Shown piece by piece: positions 49,066 to 62,316 of a DNA stretch of 64,000 bases (positions within the stretch are counted from its first letter, which is position 1; every line of letters begins with the position of its first letter). The stretch is taken from positions 331,266,001-331,330,000 of the forward strand of contig JBNRSN020000003.1 in NCBI GenBank assembly GCA_051313645.2, given 5' to 3'. The notes under the pieces were generated by a model. It saw only the letters and a list, made by a program, of their open reading frames with translations. It did not search any database and was not told the DNA's origin. The translations under genes and the position numbers were made by a program. This stretch comes from Centroscyllium fabricii (taxonomy: Eukaryota).

Positions 49066-52000
49066 AAAAGAACATAAGAAATAGGAGCAAGAGCAGGAGT
49101 AGGCCAATCGGCCCTTCGAGCCCGCCCCGCCATTCAATAAGATCATGGCTGATCTGATCCTAACAAGCAACCTACTATCACAGAAGCATCTCCTGCATCT
49201 AACAGAATTCGACACACAAAATAGGAGCAGGATCAGGCTACACAGTCCCTGGGCCCGCTCCACTACCCACAGGGCCATGACCGATCTGAACCTAGACTCA
49301 TGTCCAAATTCCTGCCCGCTCCCCGTAACCTTTAATCTCTTTAACTACTAGGAAACTGTCTATTTCTGTTTTAAATTTATGTAATGATGTAGTTTCTACA
49401 GCTTTTTGGGGCAGCATGTTCCATGGACCTACCACCCTCTGAGTGAAGTAGTTTCTCCTCATCTCAGTTTTGAAAGAGCAGCCCCTTATTCTAAGTTTAT
49501 GCCCCGTAGTTCTAGTTTCACCCATCATTGGGAACATCTTCCCCGCATCCACCCGATCCAACCCCTTCATAATCTTATATGTTTCAATAAGATCTCCCCT
49601 CATTCTTCTAAACTCCAATGCGTAGAGTCCCAATCTACTCAACCTCTCCTCATATGTCCAACCCCTCATCCCTGAGATTAACCGAGTGAACCTTCTTTGT
49701 ACTGACTCGAGAGCGAGTATGTCCTTTCTTAAGTATGGACACCAAAACTGTATGCAGTATTCCAGGTGCGGTCTCACCAATACCTTGTACAACTGAAACA
49801 ATACCTCCCTATTTTTATATTCCATCTCCCTAGCAATGAAAGCCAACATTCCATTGGCCTTCTTAATTACTTGCTGCACCTGCATACTAACCTTTTGAGT
49901 TTCGTGCACCAGGACCCCCAGATCCCTTTGTACTACAGTACTTTCCAGTTTCTTGCCATTAAGATAATAATCCGCTCTACGATTTTTCCTGCCAAAATGC
50001 ATAACCTCACACTTTCCAGTATTGTACTCCATCTGCCAAATCGCTGCCCACTGACTTAGCCTGTCTATGTCCCCCTGCAGGTTCTTTATGTCCTCCTCAT
50101 TCACCACTTTCCCTCCCATCTTAGTATCATCTGCAAACGTTGATATGTTACACTCAGTCCCCTCCTCCAAATCGTTAATATAAATTGTAAAGAGTTGGGG
50201 ACCCAGCACTGACCCCTGCGGAACACCACTAGTTACCGATTGCCAGTCTGAGAATGACCCATTTATCCCAACTCTCTGCCTTCTGTTAGATAGCCAATCC
50301 TCTATCCATGCCAGAATATGACCATGCCAGAAGCTGGGGTTGTTCTACTGGACCTGACCGCTGCCTATGACACTGTCTGGCACCGCGGACTCCACTTGAA
50401 GCTGCTGAGAACCATCCCAGACCGGCATATGGTCAACTTCATCATGGAGATGCTGTCAAACCGTAGCTTCATCCTTCAGACCAGCAATGGCCAGCGTAGC
50501 AGGCTCAGAAGGCTGAGAAACGGGGTCCCGCAAGGGTCTGTCCTCTCACCGATGCTATTCAATATATACATCTTTGACATACCGGTGACAACATCCAGAA
50601 GGTACGGGTACGCGGACGACCTAGCCATTATGCTGCAACAACCAACGTGGAAGGCGGTGGAAGAGGGCCTTAACCAGGATATGGGCATCCTGACTGCCTA
50701 CCTTCGCAGGTGGCGCCTGCAGCTCAGTACTGGGAAGACAGTGTCGGCAGCATTCCATCTCTGCAACAGGGAAGCAAAAAGGGAGTTGAAGGTCTCTGTG
50801 GACAACAAACACCTGGAGTTCCAGCAGGCGCCAAAGTACCTTGGCGTACGTCTGGACAGGACGCTGTCCTACAAACAACACCTCGAGGAAGTAAGGGCCA
50901 AAGTAACATCAAGGGTCTCACTTATCCGTCGCCTTGCTGGTACGACCTGGGGTGCCTCCGCCAAGGTACTACGTATCTCCACTCAAGCCCTTGTCTTCTC
51001 TGCAGCAGAGTACTGTGCCCCAACCTGGAGCAGAAGCCCGCATGCCAAGAAGGTGGATGTGGCCATTAACAATGCTCTCCGGATCATAACTGGCTGCCTG
51101 AAACCCACTCCCGTGTTCTACCTGCCAGTCCTAGCAGGAATTGCACCAGCCGGCCTACGGCGAGAGGCTGCTACCCTCGCCCTGGCAAGGAAAGCACAGG
51201 AACACGACTGGCACCTCCTCCATGACACCACAACCAAGGCAGCACCTCCATGCAGGCTCAAGTCCCGCCACCCATACAGCAAGGCGGCACGGGAGATGCT
51301 TGTTTCTACTCCGGAGGACTGGACAATGAAAGCCTGGCTGGCGGTAGCCTGGAAGCAAGAGTGGGAGTCGGCAGGACATACACGCCTGCACCAATACATC
51401 CGGGATCCTGGAGATGGCGTTGAGGGAGAGGACCTACCCCGCCGGCAATGGACCCTCCTGAACCGCCTACGCACCGGGGTCGGCTGCTTCAAGGCCTCCA
51501 TGAAGAGGTGGGGCCTGACAGACAGCGCGGCGTGTGAGTGCGGGGAGCCGGAGCAGACTGCCGACCACATTACCACCGCCTGTCCCCTGCATAGACCACC
51601 TTCGGAGGAGGGCCTCTTCCGAGTGGGACCTGAGACGAGGGTGTGGCTGCACGACACGGAGCTGGACATATGAAAAATGACGATACACGAAAGAAGAAGA
51701 AGACCCCCAATTCCGTGATTTTTTATTTTAAGCAGTAATCTTTTGTGTGGCACCTTGTCAAATGCCTTTTGAAAGTCTAGATATACTACGTCCACTGGTT
51801 CCCCTTTATCCACTCTATATGTTACTTCCTCAAAGAACTCCAACAAATTTGTCAAACAAGACTTCCCCTTCGTAAAACCATGCTGACTTTGTCCTATTAA
51901 ATTAAGTTTATCCAAATGTCCTGTTACTGTCTCCTTAATAATGGACTCCAAAGTTTTACCCACGACAGACGTTAGGCTAACCGGTCTATAATTTTCAGCC

Positions 52001-52085
52001 TTCTGTCTACTGCCTTTTTTAAATAAGGGTGTTACATTCGCAGTTTTCCAGTCTGCTGGGACTTTTGCTGAGTCCAGGGAGTTTT
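49066..52085 (-). mobile_element. 5'-truncated CR1 LINE split by a Vingi-like insertion
   Basis: NYRPVSLTSVVGK and YLDFQKAFDKVPH (51705-52085); PQGSVLGP, FADDTK, LVRPHLEYC (49298-50320). Confidence 0.9.
50324..51701 (+). mobile_element. 5'-truncated Ingi/Vingi-like LINE with an uninterrupted ORF
   Basis: DLTAAYDTVW, PQGSVLSP, YADDLA, GTTWGA..AEYCAP, C-terminal CECG..H..C finger, no RNase H, (GAA)n tail, GACC on both flanks. Confidence 0.8.
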
Positions 52086-52789
52086 GAGACATTAAACTGA
52101 GAGACTTGCCTGCCCTCTCAGGTGGATGTGAAAGATCCTATCGCCCTATTCAAGAGGAAGGAGTCCTCCTGGTGCCCTGGCCAACATTTATCCCCCAACC
52201 AATATTAGTATATTTGTATATTAATATATTTTATTACATCTGGTCTTTATCATTGGGGTCTTGCTCTCCACAAATTAGCTGCCGTGTTTCTCTACATTCT
52301 CTGCAGTGTGTACCATCTACAAGATGCACTGCAGCAACTCACGAAGGCTTCTTCGACAGCACCTCCCCAAACCCACGACCTCTACACCTACAAAGACAAG
52401 GGCAGCATGCGCATGGGAACAAATTCCCCTCCAAGTCACACACCATACTGACTTGGAAATATATTATCGTTCCTTCATCACCGCTGGGTCAAAATCCTGG
52501 AACTCCCTCCCTAACAGCACTGTGGGAGTTCCTTCACCACACAGACTGCAACAGTTCAAGAAGGTGACTCACCACCACCACCTTCTCAAGGGCAACTAGG
52601 GATGGGCAATACATGCTGGCCTTGCCAGCGACGCCCATATCCCGTGAATGAATTAAAAAAAAAAAATTCAAAGTACTTCATTGACTGTGAAGCACTTTGT
52701 GATGTACTGAGGTTGTGTAAGGCACTATATAAATGCAAGTTTATTCTTTCTTTGATATCCTTTGACTTCATTTTGTGCTCTGTTTTTAG

Positions 52790-52849
52790 CTGGTAGATAA
52801 GCTGAATACCAATACCGATATGGAAGAAGTTATGAATGACTTTAACATA
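52790..52849 (+). CDS. IFT74: IFT74 coding exon 6 (LVDKLNTNTDMEEVMNDFNI)
   Basis: AG/GT boundaries, 60 nt. Confidence 0.95.
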
Positions 52850-53093
52850 GTAAGTATTGTAATTTCCAGCGATAGTAAAGCAAATGTTTTTTATGCTGAT
52901 TACTATAATTTTCCATATTTATTTTTCCTATCAATTATCTTTCAGTTGCTTATTCCACCATAAAACATTCATACAATGGTATTAAAGTAAATCCAGCCTT
53001 CTGATTTTCCTGAACATTTATATTTCTATTCCTCTTGTATGCACTTTCAATGCAATTTTGCTAACTGTATATAAAAAGATGTATTCTGGCTAA

Positions 53094-53658
53094 AGGCCCT
53101 GTCACACCTAGACGTTTTAGCCACAGTATGCAAATTTGGCTAAAACGCTGGGTTACGTCGGATACGTTATGGGTACGTTATGCATACGTTAAGAGCATGC
53201 TGGCATACGCTGGCCATAAGTTGCATAAGTCGTTGTACTTCGAGTAAGTCGAGAAATTTTGAGCATGCACAAAATTTCTCGACGTATCTTGCGTATGATT
53301 CACACGTTCCGCATACGCTGGCCATACGTTGTAGGCACGTTAGGCGATCGTTGACACACGTCGACACACGTTACTTGTAAGTTAGTCATAAGTCAAAAGA
53401 CGTCGAGATAATTTCTAAGCGTACCCGGAACTTATTTCTAACCTATGAGTAACGTGCTTTGAACCTATGTGTAACGTATCTCCAACGCATATTGACGACC
53501 ACAGAACTTACTCAACGTGTTTGCTACCGTATAAAACGTTATTATGCATACGTCCAACTCGTTATGAATACGCTATTAAACGCCCAAAGTTCAGCGTAAC
53601 CCAGCGTTTTAGCCAAATTTGCATACTGTGGCTAAAACGTCTAGGTGTGACAGGGCCT
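53094..53658. mobile_element. MITE with ~64-bp perfect TIRs (AGGCCCTGTCACAC..., Harbinger-like termini)
   Basis: 53094-53157 is the reverse complement of 53595-53658; flanks TAA and TTA. Confidence 0.88.
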
Positions 53659-53763
53659 TTAGCTGAAATTCTCAGCTTCAAATTTAGTTCATTGCCCTGC
53701 TGTCGTCCTGCCTTTTTTACCCGACCCCCACCATTACCTACTGACCTTGGATGTACCTCTTCT

Positions 53764-54876
53764 CATAGAAACATAGAAGATAGGAGCAGGAGTAGGCCAT
53801 TCGGCCCCTCGAGCCCGCTCCGCCAATCAATGAGATCATGGCTGATCATCCAAATTCAGTACCCTGTCCCTGCCTTCTCCCCATATCCCTTGATCCCTTT
53901 AGCCTTAAGAAATATATCCAACCCCTTCTTGAATATATTTAATGAATTGGCCTCTACTACCCTCTGTGGTAGAGAATTCCACAGGCTCACCACTCTCTGG
54001 GTGAAGAAATTCCTCCTCACCTCAGTCCTAAATGGCTTACCCCTTATCCTTAGACTGTGACCCCTGGTTCTGGACACCCCCACCATCGGGTACGTCCTTC
54101 CTGCATCCAGTCTGTCTAGTCCTGTTAGAATTTTATAAGTTTCAATGAGATCCACTCTCATTCTTCTAAACTCCAGCGAGTATAAACCCAATCTCTCCTC
54201 ATATGTCATTCCTGCCATCCCAGGTATCAGCCTGGTGAATTTTCGCTGCACTCCCTCCATGGCAAGAACATCCTTCCTTAGATAAGGCGACCAAAACTGC
54301 ACACACTACTCAAGATGTGGTCTCACCAAGGTCCTGTACAACTGCAGCAGGACATCCTTGTTCCTGTACTCAAACTCTCTCGCTACAAAGGCCAACATAC
54401 CATTTGCCTTCTTAACTGCCTGCTGCACCTGCATGCTTACCGTCAGCGACTGGTGCACAAGGACACCCAGGTCTCGCTGCAATTCCCCTTCTCCCAATCT
54501 ATTGCCATTCAGATAATAATCTGCCTTCCTGCTTTTGCCACCAAAGTGGATAACCTCGCATTTATCCACATATTGCATCTGCCATGCTTCTGCCCAATCA
54601 GCCAATCTGTCCAAATCATACTGGAGTTTCTCGGCATCCTCCTGACAGCACAGATGCCCACCCAGCTTTGTGTTGTCTGCAATATTGGAGATATTACATC
54701 TAGTTCCCTCATCTAGACCATTAATATATATTATGAATAGCTGGGGTCCAAGGATCGATCCCTGCGGTGCCCCACTAGTCACTGCCTGCCACTCGGAGAA
54801 AGACTCGTTTATTCCGACTCTTTGCTTTCTGTCTGCCAACCAGTTCTCTATCCAAGTCAATACCTTGCCCCCAATT
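53764..54876 (-). mobile_element. CR1 LINE 3' fragment
   Basis: SGAPQGSILGP, LVRPHLE, FFTQRVV; its tail is shared with the V-SINEs. Confidence 0.88.
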
Positions 54877-55458
54877 CTCAGGCAATCACTGCCACCAATG
54901 CCAGAATTTGGACTTCATGCTGCTCAGCTTGCTCCCAAACCTGGTCTGCTTTTCTTGGTCTTATGGACCACTTTGTCTTCATGTTCATCTATGGCATTGC
55001 CCCACTCTATCTCTGCAACCGTCTTCAGTCCTATATCCCCCTCACACTGTGCAGTCCCTTGTCTCCACCCTGTTGGACAACCCCATTCTTTTTGCCCAAC
55101 CGAGTGGCTGAGCCTTCAGCCGCCTCGGTCCTACTCTCTAGAACTTCCTCTCGAAACTACATTGCCTCTCCATTTTACTCTCCTCTTTAAAACCCATCTT
55201 TTAGCCAAACTTTCGACCAGCCCTACTAATCACAAGCAGACGAGATGGTACAGAATAATTTTTCCAGGGTAATGTATTGTCAAAACAAATGTCTTTTTAG
55301 TGCAGAAAATCTTACTGTATTATGAGGGCTCTTGCTATATATTATGCAGTATAGTCCATTTTAAAATCATGTTCACATAAGTGCTACTGTAATAAAACTA
55401 AGAATTGTAATAGACTGCAGCTGATTGCTCTTAATGTGTATAATTTATTGTATTTTAG

Positions 55459-55520
55459 CTCAAAGCACAAAATGATCGAGAAGCACAGAGCATGGATGTA
55501 ATCTTTACGGAACGACGCGA
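55459..55520 (+). CDS. IFT74: IFT74 coding exon 7 (LKAQNDREAQSMDVIFTERR)
   Basis: AG/GT boundaries, 62 nt; the gene continues beyond the window. Confidence 0.95.
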
Positions 55521-57286
55521 GTGAGTATTAATGATTATGTTTTGTTTGGAGTAGCTGGTACATAGGAACATGAGAACAGGTTAGGCCCCTCAAGCATTCT
55601 CTTCGTCTTGAAATTTCAATTGACTCAGTATTCACAGTCTTTTGGGGGAGAGAGTTCCAGATCAAAAGTGCTTCCTGATTTCACTCATAAATGAATTAGC
55701 TCTAATTTTAAGATCCTTATTCTGGATTCCACTACCAGAGGAAGTCATTTATCTGTTTCTACCCTATCAAATCCTTTTATCGTTGTGAACACCTTGATTA
55801 GATAACTCCTCAACCATCTAAACTCAAAGGGATACAAACTATGTTTATGCAACCTGTCCTCATAATTTAACCCTTTAAGCACCGGTATCATTCTGGTGAA
55901 TCTGTGCTGTACCCTGCTCCAAGGCCAATATATCTTTCCTAAGGTTCAGTATCCAAAACTGAACATAGTAATGTAGACTGTCTTCTTAGGCAGTCCCTCG
56001 GAACCAAGGATGACTTGCTTCCACATTAAAAATGAGTTCTCAGGTGACTGATGAGTCCAATGCGGGACCTACAGTCTCTTATCACAGGTGGGGCAGATGG
56101 TGGTTGAAGGGGTGGGTGGGTGGGGTGCTTGGGTTGACGTGCACTCCTTGCGCTGCCTGCGCTTGGCTTACGCTTGCTCCCTACGAAGAGACTCAAGGTA
56201 TTCTGCACCTTCCCGGATGCTTCTCCTCCATTTTGTGCGGTCTTGGGCCAGGGATTCCCAGGTGTCGGTGGGGATGTTGCACTTTTTCAAGGAGGCTTTG
56301 AGGGTATCCTTGAAGCGTTTCCTCTGCCCACCTGGGACTCTCTTGCCATGTCAGAGCTCCAAGTAGAGCGCTTGTTTTGGGAGTCTCGTATCGGGCATGC
56401 GGACGGTGTGACCCGTCCATCGGAACTGATTGAGCGTGGTCAAAGCTTCGATGCTGGGGATGTTGGCCTGAGCGAGAACACTGATGTTGGTGCGCCTATC
56501 CTGCCAATGGATTTGCAGGATCTTGCGGAGGCAGCGTTGGTGGTACCTCTCCAGTGCTTTGAGGTGCCTGCTGTACATGGTCCATGTCTCTGAGGTATAC
56601 AGGAGGGTGGGTATTACTACTGCTCTGTAGACCATGAGCTTAGTGCCGGGTATGCAGTCCTGGTCTTCAAACACTCTCTTCCTCAGGCGACCGAAGGCTG
56701 CACTGGCACACTGAAGGCGGTGCTGGACTTAGTCATCAACGTCTGCCCTTGTAGATAGTAGGCTCCCGAGGTATGGAAAGTGGTCCACGTTGTCCAAGGC
56801 CTTGTCATGGATTTTGATAATCGGGGAACAGTACTGTGTGGCGGGGGCAGGTTGGTAGAGGGCCTTTGTCTTACGGATGTTCAGTGTAAGGCTCATGCTC
56901 TCGTATGCTTCGGTAAAGGTATTAATGATGGTTTGGACTTCGACCTCCGAGTGTGTGCAGATGCAAGCGTCATCTGCATACTGTAGTTCGACAACAGAGG
57001 AAGGGACAACCTTGGATCTGGACTGGAGGCGACGGAGGTTGAACAGTTTCCAGTTTGTTCTGTAAATTAGCTCCACTTCAGCAGGGAGCTTACTGAGGGT
57101 GAGATGGAGCATTGCCGCAAGGAAGATCGAGAAGAGTGTTGGTGCAATGACACAGCCTTGCTTGACCCCAGTCCGTACATGAATTGCGTCTGTGGTGGAA
57201 CCGTTGGTCAGGATCACGGCTTGCATGTCGTTGTGAAGCAGGCGGAGGATGGTGACAAACCTTTGAGGGCAGCCGAATTTGAGGAG

Positions 57287-57453
57287 GACACGGGGATAGG
57301 GTGGGATATGTGTTGATGCAGGCTCGATAGGGATATGGGGAGAGGGCAGGGGGGGTGCAGGGTTTCGATGATCAGCCATGATCTAATTGAATGGCGGAGC
57401 AGGCTCGAAGGGCCGAATGGCCTACTCCTGCTGCTAGTTTCTATGTTTCTATG
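57287..57453 (+). mobile_element. 3' fragment of an HE1-type SINE inside the RTE
   Basis: Matches the SINE 3' half and the (TTCTATG)n tail. Confidence 0.75.
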
Positions 57454-57523
57454 ACACTCCATAATCCCTCACAATTGACAGTGTCAAAGGCCTTTGTGAA
57501 GTCAAAGAACGCCATGCACAGCG

Positions 57524-58302
57524 TGATGTAATAAAGACTTACCAAGCTTTTAGTGAACATAAAGCAAGGCTTTATTCAACTTATAATCCAACATAAAGAC
57601 AGTAAGCTAGTTCAGTCACTAGCCTCCAAGCTTCAGAGTGTCTCTGTTCAACTGGTGCATAAATCCCAGTATTTATACTTCCTGGTCAGGTGCCCTCAGC
57701 TGGCCGACCAGTAACTGTTCCTGGGTTGGTTGGAAGTCCAACCAATAACTCTTCCTAGATTATTTAGGAAGTCGTATTTTACGACATTCTTCCTCCCTAG
57801 GTTTGGGAGGCCAGTCTTCGTTTAGCGGACCAAGCGAACCAAAAACAGTCGTAGTCGTTTTGCTCTCTGCTTGTGACTAGAAGGTACGTCACCCCGGACC
57901 ATGTCCTGGTCCCAGGGTCTCTTGACCTGCACTGGTGGGCTGGTAAAGTCTGTGTTATCTTGATCGTCCGGTGGAGGATGGGGAATATCGTGACACCTGG
58001 GTTGCTTGGCCCGTAATGGTGGGCTGGTGGAGTCTGTGTCGTCTTGATCATCCTGTGGAGGACGGGGAATATCATGACTGCGGGTGCGGGTCCTCACAGG
58101 TGCCGAGCTGGCGCCATCCTGAGTTGTTACCGGCAGATCCCTCGATGTCCCAGGTTGTGCGTCATTTTCGTAAGGGGATAGGGTGCTATTATCGTTCCTG
58201 GTCAGGTGCCCTCAGCTGGCCGACCAGTAACTGTTCCTGGGTTGGTTGGAAGTCCAACCAATAACTCTTCCTAGATTATTTAGGAAGTCGTATTTTACGA
58301 CA
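57524..58302 (-). mobile_element. Internally deleted LTR element (full 3' LTR at 57524-57786, truncated 5' LTR at ~58195-58302)
   Basis: ~108-bp direct repeat ending TTTTACGACA; PPT at 57787-57798; flanks CAGCG/CATCG. Confidence 0.8.
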
Positions 58303-58999
58303 CATCGGTTGGTGCTGTTCCATGCATTTCTCTTGTAATTGGTGTGCAGTGAAGATCATGTCCATTGTACTTCTTAGTAGGCGGAATCCGCATTGCGACT
58401 CTGGGAGGAGCTCTTCAGCCACTGGGAGAAGGCAATTGAGGAGGATTCTTGCGATGACTTTCCCTGTGGTAGACAGCAGGGAAACTCCTCTGTAATTACC
58501 GCAATCGGACTGGTCACCTTTCTTGAAGATGGTCACAATTACAGCATCTGAGATCCCCTGGCATGCTCTCTTCCTGCCAGATAAGAGAAATGAGTTCATG
58601 AATTCGCGGCAGTAGTGCTTCTCCGCCATGCTTTAGTGCCTCGGCAGGGATTACATCTGCTCCTGAGGCCTTGTTGTTCTTCAGTTGTCGGCCTTTTCAA
58701 CTTCAGGCTGGGGTTGTGCTGAGATGGTGGCGGGTAGCATGCTGCGGGATGGAGTTGAGGACACTCGCGCCGAAGACAGCCTCAGTTAAGGAGATCTTCA
58801 AAGTGCTCCTTCCAGCGGGCACTGACTGCCTCCCTGTCCTTGATGAGTACCTCTCCGTTCTTGGCCCACAGTGGGGTAGGACCATGGGTGCTTGGGCCGT
58901 AGGCAGTCTTAACTGCGCTAAAGAATCCACACACGTTGTGGTTGTTGGCTAGCTGCTGGATCTACTGCGCTGTCTCCACCCACCATCTGTTCTTTAGGT

Positions 59000-59484
59000 C
59001 AGTGGTCCCCAACCTTTTTGCGTTCGCGGCCCGTTTTGGGGTTGTCCATTTCTTCGCGGACCGGTGGGAGGGTTCGGACGGAGATTTTTAGCCTCAGCGG
59101 GGGTGGGGGGCGGGGGTGCTGAAGGAGCTTTTTTGCCTCAGCGGGGGCGGGGGGGATGCTGAAGAAGATTTTTAGCCTCAGCGGGCGGGGGGGCTGAAGG
59201 AGCTTTTTAGCCTCAGCGGGGGGTGGGTGAAGATTTTGAGCCTCAGCGGCTGGGTCTGTGAGGCGGCGCATGCGTAGATTCACAGACCCTGCCGCTGCAA
59301 TTCCTTCAGCTGCCAGCGGGCAGCGGCTGGTTCTGTGAGGCGACGCATGCGCTGATCATAAGCCGACGGTCCGCGGCAAGGTCATTGATTCGGCGCATGC
59401 GCGGATTCTCAGAACCGTCCGCGGACCGGTAAAACTGTCCCGCGGCCCGGAGCCGGTCCGCGGACCGGCGGTTGGAGACCGCTG
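59000..59484. mobile_element. hAT (Charlie-type) MITE
   Basis: TIRs CAGTGGTCCCCAACC and GGTTGGAGACCGCTG; perfect 8-bp TSD CTTTAGGT. Confidence 0.92.
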
Positions 59485-60449
59485 CTTTAGGTCACGAGTT
59501 TTTTGTTGGACCTCGACCTTCAGGCATCTGTCGAACTGCTTTCTTGCTCTCGAGTTGTGTTGCTGTTTCCAGATCAGGAATGCCTTGCGCTTGCGGCTTA
59601 TTAGCTCCTGGATCTCCTGGTCGTTCTCATCGAACCAGTCTTGGTGTTTCCTGGTCGAGTGACCGAGCATCTCTTCATAGGTGCTGATTATGGAGGCCTT
59701 GATTGCAGACCAGGCGCTGTGAACACTCTGTGTCTTTGCATCACTGGGAGTCGTCAGATTGTTTCTGAGGCGCAGGCTGAATAGAGCTTTCTTAGCAGGG
59801 TCTTTGAGTGCTCCAGCGTTGATTTTCCTGTGGCAATGTTTCTGTGGCTGCCGCTGTTTGGGGGCTACATGATGGAGATGACAGAGCGGATTAGGCGGTG
59901 GTCTGTCCAGCAGTCGTCCGCTCCTGTCATGGCGCAGGTGATGCGGATGTCCTTGTGGTCCCTCGCTCGGACGATGACGTAGTCCAGCAGATGCCAGTGC
60001 TTGGAGCGAGGGTGCTGCCATAAAGCCTTGTACTTGTCTCTCTGACAGAACAATGTGTTGGTTATGACAAGGCCATGTTCTATGCATTTCGACAGGAGGA
60101 GGGTACCGTTGGAGTTGGCTTTCTTTAACCCCTCTCTGCCAATCACACCTCCCCGGAGGTCAGTGTCCTTTCCAACTCTGGCGTTAAAGTTGCCAAGGAG
60201 GATCAGCTTGTCGCCCATTGGGACTCGGGACAGGGATTGTTCGAGGCTGGAGTAGAATTCCTCTTGGGGCTCATCTGTGGCTTCCAGTGTTGGGGCGTAC
60301 GCACTGATGACCGTAGCACACTGGGTCTGGGCTAGGGTGAGCTGAAGAGTCATGAGGCGCTCCTTTATACCGCAAGGGGAGTCTCTGAGACGCCCAACTA
60401 GTTCATTTTTTATGGCGAAGCCTACCCCATGGAGGCGGCGTTCTTCTTG

Positions 60450-60828
60450 TCACGGACGACACGGTGGTGCAGTGGTTAGCACTGCTGCCTCACAATAAGG
60501 AGCTCCTGGGTTCGAATCCTGCTTGGCCCAGGACCTCTCTGCGTGGAGTTTGCATGTTCTCCCCGTGTTTGTGTGGGGTTACTCCGGTTTCCTCCCACCA
60601 CCCAAAGACATGCAGGTTAGGTAAATTGGAGATACTAAAAAAAAAAATTGCCCATGGGTATGTGTGTGAGATACAGTTCTTAGAGTTGGGGGTGTCGGGG
60701 GATATGGGGAGAGGCTAGGAGGGGGGTGCTGGGTTTGGATGATCAGCCATGATCTCATCAAAAAATGGCAGAGCAGGCTCGAAGGGCCGAATGGCCTACT
60801 CCTGCTCCTATTTTCTGTGATTCTGTGT
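60450..60828 (+). mobile_element. V-SINE variant subfamily inside the RTE
   Basis: tRNA head (TGGTGCAGTGG, GGTTCGAATCC), V domain, (TTCTGTG)n tail. Confidence 0.85.
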
Positions 60829-62316
60829 TTCTTCAGGTTTGCCTTTCCAGAAGAAGATGTAGCCACCGCCTTGCTCCTTGAGCGGGCCTTCCCCTGCTCA
60901 CCGGGTCTCACTTAGGGCGGTGATGTCAATGTCGAGAGGTCTGAGCTCCCGGGCAACGATAGCAATACGGCGTTCCGGTCTGTCGCTGTTGCGGTTGTCC
61001 ATGAGGGTCCTGACGTTCCAGGTCCCAAACTTCATTTTAAAAGGTGGAAGATGCCTGTGTGTGAATTCTTTTAATGTGGGGTGGCCGTTGCACACCAGCG
61101 ACCACACGGGCTTGACAGAGCAAGGTCTTGGTCCAATGGCAAGGGGATCCAAGACGATTGGAGACCAGGCTCTGCTATAACGGCCGAGCACACACACACA
61201 CAAACATACTGATACTGTAGCTGATTGCTATTAATGTGCACAAATAGATAAGACCATAAAAAAGCCTAGAGTCCTTGGTTTTGCATCTGGTCATATAGAA
61301 TACAGTTCAGAGAGCGAATGTTGAATTTGTACAAGGCCGTAAGCTGTTGTTGGAGTATTGCGTACAGTTTTGGGCAACCTATTATAGTTAGGGTATAAAA
61401 GTAATGGAAAAGATACTGCAGGTACAATGTTACCTGGGTTGAGGGGTTGTGATTGTGAAGATTAACTTGAGAAGTTAGGGCTTTTACACTAAAGCTGAGA
61501 AAGTTAAAGGATGATGGAGCTGTTCAAAAATAATTAAAAGTTATGAAAAGATAAATAGTGATAGCTTATTTCTACTTGTCAGTGAGACAGCAACAAAAAG
61601 GCACAAATTTAAAATAAGCAGAAGAACTAAAGGAGGTTGCAAAAACAATATTTACCCAGGAGTTGGTTAGAATGTGGAACTCAGCTACAAACTGTTGTTG
61701 AAACAGGGTCCATAACTCTCTAAAAGGAAATTAGACAGTTGCTTTAAAAAGGGGAATATTAAAGGCTTCAAAGTGATCAGAAGAATATTGGCAAAGACTG
61801 TCACAGGCCGAAACGGGATCTAAATTATTGTTGTTTTTGTTGCAGTATTTCTATATTGTAGTCTACCATGCACAATGCCATTCAACAATTTTTTTGTCTG
61901 TTGTGCCTCCTATGTTTATTATTAACCATAATAATTGTAGATCAACAGCCACATGGTAATCATTTTAGGGAAAATGGCAATGGTATACTTGGTACTTTTG
62001 AATTATCAGTATATTATCTTGACAACTATATCACGTTATTTTTTTGACTGTACCGAGTTTCTGAAGTTTTAATTCGAATGCCTTTGTACAATTTGAGTGT
62101 GAATTTTAGTAGATTCTTCCTGGTACAAAATGAGTCTGTGTGTTGTGGGGAGGGGATGTACAATACATTTCAAAATAATCAAACTGTAGTAGTGGCAGCT
62201 TGTGGTTGTGTTAATAAAAATGTGATTTGTTTAACTTATCACATATCCTGCAGAGCCAGTCAGCTGGATCAGGTAACCTTACTAGAACAAATCTAGATCC
62301 ATAACCATTTCCTGTT

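Larger units (their letters stand above)
48925..52745 (+). mobile_element. Deu-domain SINE split by a CR1 LINE (48925-49063 and ~52086-52745)
   Basis: Head and ..TTGGAGGTGCCATCTT before the CR1 tail; TGAGACATTAAACTGAG..CTCTCAGGTGGATGTGAAAGATCC after it. Confidence 0.6.
55980..61190 (-). mobile_element. Near full-length RTE (BovB-like) LINE, decayed, with four nested insertions
   Basis: FGTWNVRTL, ISAYAPT, LGNFNARVG, WTDHRL, NYRGVSLLS, GVKQGCVIAP, QYADD, FPYLGS. Confidence 0.9.

Noticed and set aside
51118-52092. 324-aa minus-strand ORF as a novel fusion protein
   Set aside because: This is CR1 RT reading through the junction into the antisense strand of the Vingi-like insert.
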